DNA from: Eledone cirrhosa
Taxonomy: Eukaryota
Length of the DNA: 64,000 nt
Direction: 5' to 3'
Assembly: GCA_964016885.1 (NCBI GenBank)
Contig: OZ024740.1
Location: 433,876,001-433,940,000 of the forward strand
A program made the position numbers and the translations under genes. Numbering within the stretch: position 1 is the first letter of the stretch; each line of letters opens with the position of its first letter. Positions 43,101 through 54,460 of the stretch are shown one piece after another. The notes below the pieces were generated by a model that worked only from the letters and a program-made list of their open reading frames with translations, was not told where the DNA came from and ran no database searches.

Positions 43101-44620
43101 ATCCTAAGGCTGTGTCCTACTAATGTTACACTAAATATGTATGGTGGAGTGTATCCTACTAATGTTACACTAAATATGTATGGTGGAGTGTATCCTACTA
43201 ATGTTACACTAAATATGTATGGTGGAGTGTATCCTAAGGCTGTGTCCTACTTATGTTACATTAAATATGTATGGTGGAGTGTATCCTACTAATGTTACAC
43301 TAAATATGTATGGTGGAGTGTATCCTAAGGCTGTATCCTACTAATGTTACACTAAATATGTATGGTGGAGTGTATCCTAAGGCTGTGTCCTACTAATGTT
43401 ACACTAAATATGTATGGTGGAGTGTATCCTACTAATGTTACACTAAATATGTATGGTGGAGTGTATCCTACTAATGTTACACTAAATATGTATGGTGGAG
43501 TGTATCCTACTAATGTTACACTAAATATGTATGGTGGAGTGTATCCTACTAATGTTACATTAAATATGTATGGTGGAGTGTATCCTACTAATGTTACACT
43601 AAATATGTATGGTGGAGTGTATCCTACGGCTATATCCTACTAATGTTACACTAAATATGTATGGTGGAGTGTATCCTAAGGCTGTGTCCTACTAATGTTA
43701 CACTAAATATGTATGGTGAAGTGTATCCTACTAATGTTACACTAAATATGTATGGTGGAGTGTATCCTAAGGCTGTGTCCTACTAATGTTACACTAAATA
43801 TGTATGGTGGAGTGTATCCTAAGGCTGTGTCCTACTAATGTTACACTAAATATGTATGGTGGAGTGTATCCTAAGGCTGTATCCTACTAATGTTACACTA
43901 AGTATGTATGGTGGAGTGTATCCTACTAATGTTACACTAAATATGTATGGTGGAGTGTATCCTAAGGCTGTATCCTACTAATGTTACACTAAGTATGTAT
44001 GGTGGAGTGTATCCTACTAATGTTACACTAAATATGTATGGTGGAGTGTATCCTAAGGCTGTATCCTACTAATGTTACACTAAGTATGTATGGTGGAGTG
44101 TATCCTACTAATGTTACACTAAATATGTATGGTGGAGTCTATCCTAAGGCTGTCTCTACTAATGTTACACTAAATATGTATGGTGGAGTGTATCCTACTA
44201 ATGTTACACTAAATATGTATGGTGGAGTGTATCCTAAGGCTGTATCCTACTAATGTTACACTAAGTATGTATGGTGGAGTCTATCCTAAGGCTGTCTCTA
44301 CTAATGTTACACTAAATATGTATGGTGGAGTGTATCCTACTAATGTTACACTAAATATGTATGGTGGAGTGTATCCTAAGGCTGTATCCTACTAATGTTA
44401 CACTAAGTATGTATGGTGGAGTCTATCCTAAGGCTGTCTCTACTAATGTTACACTAAATATGTATGGTGGAGTGTATCCTACTAATGTTACACTAAATAT
44501 GTATGGTGGAGTGTATCCTAAGGCTGTATCCTACTAATGTTACACTAAGTATGTATGGTGGAGTCTATCCTAAGGCTGTCTCTACTAATGTTACACTAAA
44601 TATGTATGGTGGAGTGTATC
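40174..44620 (+). repeat. Fourth copy of the HOR block plus extension, offset 4689 bp from the third
   Basis: TGGTGTGTAT at 40480 (35791+4689), CTATATATG at 41009 (36320+4689), ORFs 40865 and 44038 versus 36176 and 39349. Confidence 0.9.
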
Positions 44621-47600
44621 CTACTAATGTTACACTAAATATGTATGGTGGAGTGTATCCTAAGGCTGTGTCCTACTAATGTTACACTAAATATGTATGG
44701 TGGAGTGTATCCTAAGTCTGTGTCCTACTAATGTTACACTAAATATGTATGGTGGAGTGTATCCTAAGGCTGTGTCCTACTAATGTTACACTAAATATGT
44801 ATGGTGGAGTGTATCCTAAGGCTGTGTCCTACTAATGTTACATTAAATATGTATGGTGGAGTGTATCCTACTAATGTTACACTAAATATGTATGGTGGAG
44901 TGTATCCTAAGGCTGTATCCTACTAATGTTACACTAAATATGTATGGTGGAGTGTATCCTAAGGCTGTGTCCTACTAATGTTACACTAAATATGTATGGT
45001 GGAGTGTATCCTACTAATGTTACACTAAATATGTATGGTGGAGTGTATCCTACTAATGTTACACTAAATATGTATGGTGGAGTGTATCCTAAGGCTGTGT
45101 CCTACTAATGTTACATTAAATATGTATGGTGGAGTGTATCCTAAGGCTGTATCCTACTAATGTTACACTAAGTATGTATGGTGGAGTCTATCCTAAGGCT
45201 GTCTCTACTAATGTTACACTAAATATGTATGGTGGAGTGTATCCTACTAATGTTACACTAAATATGTATGGTGGAGTGTATCCTAAGGCTGTATCCTACT
45301 AATGTTACACTAAGTATGTATGGTGGAGTCTATCCTAAGGCTGTCTCTACTAATGTTACACTAAATATGTATGGTGGAGTGTATCCTACTAATGTTACAC
45401 TAAATATGTATGGTGGAGTGTATCCTAAGGCTGTATCCTACTAATGTTACACTAAGTATGTATGGTGGAGTCTATCCTAAGGCTGTCTCTACTAATGTTA
45501 CACTAAATATGTATGGTGGAGTGTATCCTACTAATGTTACACTAAATATGTATGGTGGAGTGTATCCTAAGGCTGTATCCTACTAATGTTACACTAAGTA
45601 TGTATGGTGGAGTCTATCCTAAGGCTGTCTCTACTAATGTTACACTAAATATGTATGGTGGAGTGTATCCTACTAATGTTACACTAAATATGTATGGTGG
45701 AGTGTATCCTAAGGCTGTGTCCTACTAATGTTACACTAAATATGTATGGTGGAGTGTATCCTAAGTCTGTGTCCTACTAATGTTACACTAAATATGTATG
45801 GTGGAGTGTATCCTAAGGCTGTGTCCTACTAATGTTACACTAAATATGTATGGTGGAGTGTATCCTAAGGCTGTGTCCTACTAATGTTACACTAAATATG
45901 TATGGTGGAGTGTATCTTAAGGCTGTGTCCTACTAATGTTACATTAAATATGTATGGTGGAGTGTATCCTACTAATGTTACACTAAATATGTATGGTGGA
46001 GTGTATCCTAAGGCTGTATCCTACTAATGTTACACTAAATGTGTATGGTGGAGTGTATCCTAAGGCTGTGTCCTACTAATGTTACACTAAATATGTATGG
46101 TGGAGTGTATCCTAAGGCTGTGTCCTACTAATGTTACACTAAATATGTATGGTGGAGTGTATCCTAAGGCTGTATCCTACTAATGTTACACTAAATATGT
46201 ATGGTGGAGTGTATCCTAAGGCTGTATCCTACTAATGTTACACTAAGTATGTATGGTGGAGTGTATCCTAAGGCTGTGTCCTACTAATGTTACACTAAAT
46301 ATGTATGGTGGAGTGTATCCTACTAATGTTACACTAAATATGTATGGTGGAGTGTATCCTACTAATGTTACACTAAATATGTATGGTGGAGTGTCTCCTA
46401 AGGCTGTGTCCTACTAATGTTACACTAAATATGTATGGTGGAGTGTATCCTAAGGCTGTGTCCTACTAATGTTACACTAAATATGTATGGTGGAGTGTAT
46501 CCTAAGGCTGTGTCCTACTAATGTTACACTAAATATGTATGGTGGAGTGTATCCTAAGGCTGTGTCCTACTAATGTTACACTAAATATATATGGTGGAGT
46601 GTATCCTAAGGCTGTGTCCTACTAATGTTACACTAAATATGTATGGTGGAGTGTATCCTACTAATGTTACACTAAATATGTATGGTGGAGTGTATACTAC
46701 TAATGTTACACTAAATATGTATGGTGGAGTGTATCCTAAGGCTGTGTCCTACTAATGTTACACTAAATATGTATGGTGGAGTGTATCCTACTAATGTTAC
46801 ACTAAATATGTATGGTGGAGTGTATCCTAAGGCTGTGTCCTACTAATGTTACACTAAATATGTATGGTGGAGTGTATCCTACTAATGTTACACTAAATAT
46901 GTATGGTGGAGTGTATCCTAAGGCTGTGTCCTACTAATGTTACACTAAATATGTATGGTGGAGTGTATCCTACTAATGTTACACTAAATATGTATGGTGG
47001 AGTGTATACTTCTAATGTTACACTAAATATGTATGGTGGAGTGTATCCTAAGGCTGTGTCCTACTAATGTTACACTAAATATGTATGGTGGAGTGTATCC
47101 TAAGGCTGTGTCCTACTAATGTTACACTAAATATGTATGGTGGAGTGTATCCTAAGGCTGTGTCCTACTAATGTTACACTAAATATGTATGGTGGAGTGT
47201 ATCCTACTAATGTTACACTAAATATGTATGGTGGAGTGTATCCTAAGGCTGTGTCCTACTAATGTTACACTAAATATGTATGGTGGAGTGTATCCTAAGG
47301 CTGTGTCCTACTAATGTTACACTAAATATGTATGGCGGAGTGTATCCTAAAGCTGTGTCCTACTAATGTTACACTAAATATGTATGGTGGAGTGTATCCT
47401 ACTAATGTTACACTAAATATGTATGGTGGAGTGTATCCTAAGGCTGTGTCCTACTAATGTTACACTAAATATGTATGGTGGAGTGTATCCTACTAATGTT
47501 ACACTAAATATGTATGGTGGAGTGTATCCTAAGGCTGTGTCCTACTAATGTTACACTAAATATGTATGGCGGAGTGTATCCTAAAGCTGTGTCCTACTAA

Positions 47601-50600
47601 TGTTACACTAAATATGTATGGTGGAGTGTATCCTACTAATGTTACACTAAATATGTATGGTGGAGTGTATCCTAAGGCTGTGTCCTACTAATGTTACACT
47701 AAATATGTATGGTGGAGTGTATCCTACTAATGTTACACTAAATATGTATGGTGGAGTGTATCCTAAGGCTGTGTCCTACTAATGTTACACTAAATATGTA
47801 TGGCGGAGTGTATCCTAAAGCTGTGTCCTACTAATGTTACACTAAATATGTATGGTGGAGTGTATCCTACTAATGTTACACTAAATATGTATGGTGGAGT
47901 GTATCCTAAGGCTGTGTCCTACTAATGTTACACTAAATATGTATGGTGGAGTGTATCCTAAGGCTGTGTCCTACTAATGTTACACTAAATATGTATGGTG
48001 GAGTGTATCCTAAGGCTGTGTCCTACTAATGTTACACTAAATATGTATGGTGGAGTGTATCCTAAGGCTGTGTCCTACTAATGTTACACTAAATATGTAT
48101 GGTGGAGTGTATCCTAAGGCTGTGTCCTACTAATGTTACACTAAATATGTATGGTGGAGTGTATCCTACTAATGTTACACTAAATATGTATGGTGGAGTG
48201 TATCCTAAGGCTGTGTCCTACTAATGTTACACTAAATATGTATGGTGGAGTGTATCCTAAGGCTGTGTCCTACTAATGTTACACTAAATATGTATGGCGG
48301 AGTGTATCCTAAGGCTGTGTCCTACTAATGTTACACTAAATATGTATGGTGGAGTGTATCCTACTAATGTTACACTAAATATGTATGGTGGAGTGTATCC
48401 TACTAATGTTACACTAAATATGTATGGTGGAGTGTATCCTACTAATGTTACACTAAATATGTATGGTGGAGTGTATCCTAAAGCTGTGTCCTACTAATGT
48501 TACACTAAATATGTATGGTGGAGTGTATCCTACTAATGTTACACTAAATATGTATGGTGGAGTGTATCCTAAGGCTGTGTCCTACTAATGTTACACTAAA
48601 TATGTATGGTGGAGTGTATCCTACTAATGTTACACTAAATATGTATGGTGGAGTGTATCCTAAGACTGTGTCCTACTAATGTTACACTAAAAATGTATGG
48701 CGGAGTGTATCCTAAAGCTGTGTCCTACTAATGTTACACTAAATATGTATGGTGGAGTGTATCCTACTAATGTTACACTAAATATGTATGGTGGAGTGTA
48801 TCCTAAGGCTGTGTCCTACTAATGTTACAGTAAATATGTATGGTGGAGTGTATCCTAAGGCTGTGTCCTACTAATGTTACACTAAATATGTATGGTGGAG
48901 TGTATCCTACTTATGTTACACTAAATATGTATGGTGGAGTGTATCCTACTAATGTTACACTAAATATGTATGGTGGAGTGTATCCTACTAATGTTACACT
49001 AAATATGTATGGTGGAGTGTATCCTAAGGCTGTGTCCTACTAATGTTACACTAAATATGTATGGTGGAGTGTATCCTACTAATGTTACACTAAATATGTA
49101 TGGTGGAGTGTATCCTACTAATGTTACACTAAATATGTATGGTGGAGTGTATCCTACTAATGTTACACTAAATATGTATGGTGGAGTGTATCCTACTAAT
49201 GTTACACTAAATATGTATGGTGGAGTGTATCCTAAGGCTGTGTCCTACTAATGTTACACTAAATATGTATGGTGGAGTGTATCCTAAGGCTGTGTCCTAC
49301 TAATGTTACACTAAATATGTATGGTGGAGTGTATCCTACTAATGTTACACTAAATATGTATGGTGGAGTGTATCCTACTAATGTTACACTAAATATGTAT
49401 GGTGGAGTGTATCCTAAGGCTGTGTCCTACTAATGTTACACTAAATATGTATGGTGGAGTGTATCCTAAGGCTGTGTCCTACTAATGTTACACTAAATAT
49501 GTATGGTGGAGTGTATCCTAAGGCTGTGTCCTACTAATGTTACACTAAATATGTATGGTGGAGTGTATCCTAAGGCTGTGTCCTACTAATGTTACACTAA
49601 ATATGTATGGTGGAGTGTATCCTACTAATGTTACACTAAATATGTATGGTGGAGTGTATCCTAAGGCTGTGTCCTACTAATGTTACACTAAATATGTATG
49701 GTGGAGTGTATCCTAAGGCTGTGTCCTACTAATGTTACACTAAATATGTATGGTGGAGTGTATCCTACTAATGTTACACTAAATATGTATGGTGGAGTGT
49801 ATCCTAAGGCTGTGTCCTACTAATGTTACACTAAATATGTATGGTGGAGTGTATCCTAAGGCTGTATCCTACTAATGTTACACTAAATATGTATGGTGGA
49901 GTGTATCCTACTAATGTTACACTAAATATGTATGGCGGAGTGTATCCTAAGGCTGTGTCCTACTAATGTTACACTAAATGTGTATCCTAAGGCTGTGTCC
50001 TACTAATGTTACACTAAATATGTATGGTGGAGTGTATCCTACTAATGTTACACTAAATATGTATGGTGGAGTGTATCCTAAGGCTGTGTCCTACTAATGT
50101 TACGCTAAATATATATGGTGGAGTGTATCCTAAGGCTGTATCCTACTAATGTTACACTAAACATGTATGGTGGAGTGTATCCTAAGGCTGTGTCCTACTA
50201 ATGTTACGCTAAATATATATGGTGGAGTGTATCCTAAGGCTGTATCCTACTAATGTTACACTAAACATGTATGGTGGAGTGTATCCTAAGGCTGTGTCCT
50301 ACTAATGTTACACTAAATATGTATGGTGGAGTGTATCCTAAGGCTGTGTCCTACTAATGTTACACTAAACATGTATGGTGGAGTGTATCCTAAGGCTGTG
50401 TCCTACTAATGTTACACTAAATATGTATGGTGGAGTGTATCCTAAGGCTGTGTCCTACTAATGTTACACTAAATATATATGGTGGAGTGTATCCTAAGGC
50501 TGTATCCTACTAATGTTACACTAAATATGTATGGTGGAGTGTATCCTAAGGCTGTATCCTACTAATGTTACACTAAATATGTATGGTGGAGTGTATCCTA

Positions 50601-51404
50601 AGGCTGTGTCCTACTAATGTTACACTAAACATGTATGGTGGAGTGTATCCTAAGGCTGTGTCCTACTAATGTTATGCTGAATATGTATGGCGGAGTGCAT
50701 CCTAAGGCTGTGTCCTACTAATGTTACGCTAAATATCCCCATGATTTGTTTTTGTTTTTTTATATTCCCGCAAAACATTATTTATGATGAATGCCGCATA
50801 CAGAATAAATGCGGGTGTGTACCTGACCGCTGTAGACTAAGGCCCCTAGGGGCAATGAAGACGTCAAAGTGATGCCAGCGAAGATTAAAGCCCCTCTCCC
50901 ACCACAGTAGTAATTCTGATACATGAAGAAATTTTGATTGACAGGTGGAGAATGAGAAGAACCAAGCAGTGGGCAACCATGAGCGGCTTGAAATTCCAGT
51001 GACGTGTACAATTCTTGACCATACAATTCGATGTTAAAGGACAATAGGAAAATCTGCTTCGTAGAATCGAGGCGTATCCGAGGACCGCGCAATTTCAGAA
51101 TCAGGTTTGATAACCATATCGATCTTGCCTCGAGCTGGTCACCCGAGAAACATTTGTAATATGTCCAATAAATTCCTTTCGTCGCAACACTGATTCTATT
51201 TTTTTCTGTGATATCAGAAAATTCCCTTGAAACACTGTATGTCAATATGATGCCCCACAACTCCCTCAGGAGATACATGTCCATACATACTACACCACTA
51301 ATACCTCACTCCAACCCCCTACAGAAAGCAGTTAGATTGAAACCTTGTACTTATCTCGTAAATCATGTACTGAAATGTTTTATAACATTTAATTCTATTT
51401 CTTG

Positions 51405-51635
51405 TAAGTTTAGAGTTCAAATTACATTGAGACAGAGCTGAGGATCAACTTTGATGTTCACCTTTCTGAACTATGCTTCAAATAGTCTGTTGAACTTTCC
51501 CCACCCATACAAATATTTGCCCCTTGTGTCAATGTAAAATCATTATTTACTCAGGTTTTGAGTTCAAATTATAGTAGGAGTTAGTTTTGCCTTTCATCCT
51601 CCCAGCAAGATAAAAATAGTTAGTACTATTAATAG
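51405..51635 (+). mobile_element. Heavily decayed tRNA-derived SINE remnants (one or two copies)
   Basis: B-box-like GAGTTCAAAT at ~51413 and ~51560. The second is followed by TTTGCCTTTCATCCT...GATAAAA, resembling the reverse complement of the SINE at 62950-63035. Confidence 0.4.
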
Positions 51636-52308
51636 ATCTTTAGTACATTTTAGTACACTGCCTTCTTTCTATATTGTATCTTTTTACACTATATGCTGAG
51701 TTATAACCTTCTTTATAAAACAAAACTGGTGTAGATCCTTGTCAAAGAAAAAAAGCTTATAAATAGAAGCAAGCATATATGTGTCTAACTATATATGTAT
51801 AGCTTAATATTCTCTGTATTAACCCCTTTGTTACCATATTTCTAATGAGATAGTGTACTTGAATAAATTAATGAAGAATTTTGAGGGATTCACAAAAAAT
51901 ATCATTTCATTATTGAGCTGGTGCTTGTAATATAACTGAAGTAGTTTTTATATAAAATTATGTTGGAAGATTTTCATTTAAATAGGAACCATTTAAAATT
52001 GATGGTTTTGTCTCATAAATCCAAAGACTATTTTGGGTAGGTTAATATCAAAAGTATCTTAACTCATCTAACTACCTTAATGGGATTTGAACTTGCATAT
52101 TTGTGAAAATATTAAACAGAAACAGTATTAGTTATTGATTAACCCTTTAGCATTTACATTACTCTATATATATTATTATATTTTCATGGTAAAGGCTTTA
52201 TCTCACATAATATTGAATCTATGAGATTTTGATATTATTTATTTTGAGAACAATATCTTAACATCAGTATGAGTGGCCAGAAAGATTGGACATAACTATA
52301 AACAACTT

Positions 52309-53079
52309 CATCATCATCATCATCATCATCAGGTTTAGCGTCCGTGTTCCACGCTTGCATGGGTTTGGACGGGGGTTTTCCCACTTGAGGCAAGAGTGGT
52401 TGTCTTGCTCGCATAGGACTGTCTGGCGGGTTTTCTACAGTTGGATGCCCTTCCTAACACCAACCACATTTACAGTGTGGGGCTGGGAGGTTTTTACCGT
52501 GTTGCCTACACGGCCACATTACAGCGTGGACTGTCTGGCGGGTTTTCTACAGCTGGATGCCCTTCCTAACACCAACCACATTTACAGTGTGGGGCTGGGA
52601 GGTTTTTACCGTGTTGCCTACACGGCCACATTTACAGCGTGGACTGTGTGTTTTTTGTCGTGACACCTACACGATCTCATTTGTTTCGGCCTGGATGTTG
52701 TGGGACCAACATAACTTTACATTGAAAGGGGCGGTGTGGGTGGGGTGGAGGTGGTGGGACGGGGGGGGGGGGGGTTGATAGAGATGCCTACTGACTGTAG
52801 TAGGTTTTTACTTTGTATTTAGGTAAGGCGGGTCTTCTCTATTACTGAGTACCGCCAAAGGTCTCGGTCCAGTGACATTGTCTTGGAGAGGTGTAAGCGT
52901 GTGAGGTCGGAATTTATCAGCTCGTCCCATGTTTTTCTGGGTCTGCCTACTCCGTGGCTACCGTCTATCTTTATTGCCCTGCACTTTGTTATACAGCTGT
53001 CGTCTTTCATGCGCATCACGTGACCGTACCAACGTAGCCTTCTCTCGAGTAAACAACATCTGATCCCTCTTATTTCTAA
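52309..53079 (-). mobile_element. 5'-truncated RTE-clade LINE copy (RT C-terminus, 3' UTR and (ATG)n tail)
   Basis: Nearly identical to 56143-56779. Encodes ...RRLRWYGHVMRM...GRPRKTW...EKTRLT*. (CAT)n tail at 52309-52330. Candidate 10-bp TSD TAAACAACTT at 52299-52308 and 53096-53105. Confidence 0.92.
52416..52647. repeat. 112-bp tandem duplication inside the RTE 3' UTR
   Basis: GGACTGT-bounded segments start at 52416, 52528 and 52641. The segment is single-copy in the long element. Confidence 0.9.
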
Positions 53080-53324
53080 GGCTCCCACAAATCATTAAAC
53101 AACTTGATGACATGATAATTATCTCTTCTTTTATAGAATGACCGAGGTGGAGAGCGACTTTTGATAAATGAGTGGTCAACTTATTTAAAAGCCAGGATAA
53201 ACTGTTCTTTACCGGGACAGTATCCATATTATTTTGATGAAATATGTAAGTTATTTATTTATTTATTTATTGGTTCAATTGAAGCAGTAAAACATTTTTA
53301 CTCCTCACTAAAATGGATGGTAGT

Positions 53325-53647
53325 GAAGGTGCATGGCTTAGTGGTTAGAGCATTGGGCTTGCAATTGAGAGGTTGTCAGTTCAATTCTTAGACTGAGTAA
53401 TGAGTTTTGAGCAAGACACTTTATTCCACTTTACTACAGTTTACTCAGCTGTAGAAATGGGTTGTGACATCACTGGTGTCAAGCTGTATTGATCATTGCC
53501 TTGGACAACAACATTGAGGGCGAGGGGAGACTGGTATGGATGACTGCTGGTCTTCCACAATAACACCTTGCTCAGACTTGTGCCTCAGAGGGGAACTTTC
53601 TAGGTACAAATTCCATGGTCATTCATGACCAAAGGCGTCTTTACTCT
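53325..53647 (+). mobile_element. tRNA-derived SINE, near full length, diverged
   Basis: Pol III A box TGGCTTAGTGG (53334-53344) and B box GTTCAATTC (53379-53387), then a TTGAGCAAGACACTTTA central motif shared with the copy at 54112. The 3' boundary is approximate. Confidence 0.75.
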
Positions 53648-53797
53648 GGTTGATGAAGGTCATTGTATCATGCAACTTTGATGCGGTTCACTGATTCATG
53701 ATCCATCTAGGAAAGGAGGCAGTAACAATAAAAATTGACTCAGATGGTAACAACCTGACCCATGACAATGGGAAGTTAAATGGATGATGACAATAAT

Positions 53798-54082
53798 TGT
53801 GTGTGTGTGTGTGTGTGTGTGCATGCGCGTGTGTGAGTGTGTGTGTGCATGCGCGTGTGTGAGTGTGAGTGTGCGCTCAAATAGACTCACAGCTATAAAT
53901 ATACAATGCCACTCACATATACTGTATTTCATGCTAGAAATTATTTTTACATACATAATCTGAACAAACAATACACACACACACACACACACATATATTC
54001 CCATATAAACTCTATTTCATACTATATATTAGCATACATTGTTATACTGTGTGTGTATGTATATATATATATATATATATAT
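53798..54082. repeat. Microsatellite cluster: (GT)n with GCGC interruptions, (CA)n and (TA)n
   Basis: Visible at 53798-53876, 53973-53992 and 54048-54082. Confidence 0.9.
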
Positions 54083-54084
54083 AA

Positions 54085-54370
54085 ACTCTCAGACCGGGTG
54101 ATGTGTTGTTTCCTTGAGCAAGACACTTTATTTCACATTGCTCCAGTTTACTCAGCTGTAGAAATGAGATGATAGGGACGGGGGACCCTATCATTCCACT
54201 GCAAAGTGGACGTGTAGGTGCCACGGCAAAAAAGCACCCAGCACTCACTGTAAATGAGGTTGGTGTTAGGAAGCGCATCCAGCTGTAGAAATCAGCCAGA
54301 ATCAGTTCCCGTCCCACCCTTGCAAGCAGGGAAAAAGCGGACGTAAAATGAAATGATGAAATGATGATAA
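54085..54370 (+). mobile_element. Headless SINE body joined to an RTE-type 3' end
   Basis: 54085-54168 matches 53390-53460 (GAGCAAGACACTTTATT...CAGTTTACTCAGCTGTAGAAATG). 54217-54370 carries GGTTGGTGTTAGGAAGCGCATCCAGCTGTAGAAA and an ATG-rich tail, the same motif as the RTE 3' UTR. Confidence 0.65.
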
Positions 54371-54460
54371 TCATACCCTGCTCTACAAGGGCATCGAGTG
54401 CTCATACGGCCTACCGTATACGGACGCTTTAAGCATCCAACACCAATTATATATATATAT

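Larger units (their letters stand above)
1..50736 (+). repeat. Satellite DNA array of 39/52/51-bp monomers, head-to-tail, one orientation, open at the left window edge
   Basis: The core CCTACTAATGTTACACTAAATATGTATGGTGGAGTGTAT (39 bp) repeats continuously, optionally followed by CCTAAGGCTGTGT or CCTAAGGCTGTAT (52 bp) or by the 1-bp-shorter ...GGCTGTCTCTACT form (51 bp). It ends abruptly at ...TTACGCTAAATAT (50736). No foreign insertion seen. Confidence 0.99.

Noticed and set aside
1-50736. Repetitive protein (YPTNVTLNMYGGV)n with NVT sequons, e.g. the 288-aa ORF at 2244-3110 and the 147-aa ORFs
   Set aside because: The frames stay open only because 39 and 51 are multiples of 3. The abundant 52-bp unit shifts frame into a stop (KAVSY*) every few units, and there is no unique N- or C-terminal domain.
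1-50736. CRISPR array or other repeat-spacer system
   Set aside because: There are no unique spacers: the only intervening sequence is one near-constant 12-13-bp module. No cas genes; eukaryotic context.
1-50736. Telomeric repeat array, possibly RT-synthesised and linked to the nearby reverse transcriptase
   Set aside because: There are no TTAGGG tracts (CCTAA occurs only singly). The RT is an ordinary RTE LINE with no sequence relationship to the monomer, and kb-scale HORs indicate DNA-level duplication.
1-50736. Unit order as an information-bearing code
   Set aside because: The order is explained by nested duplications, and nothing in the sequence suggests a reader. Kept only as a descriptive analogy.
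53328-53400. tRNA gene
   Set aside because: A and B boxes are present, but there is no convincing cloverleaf and it continues into a SINE body.
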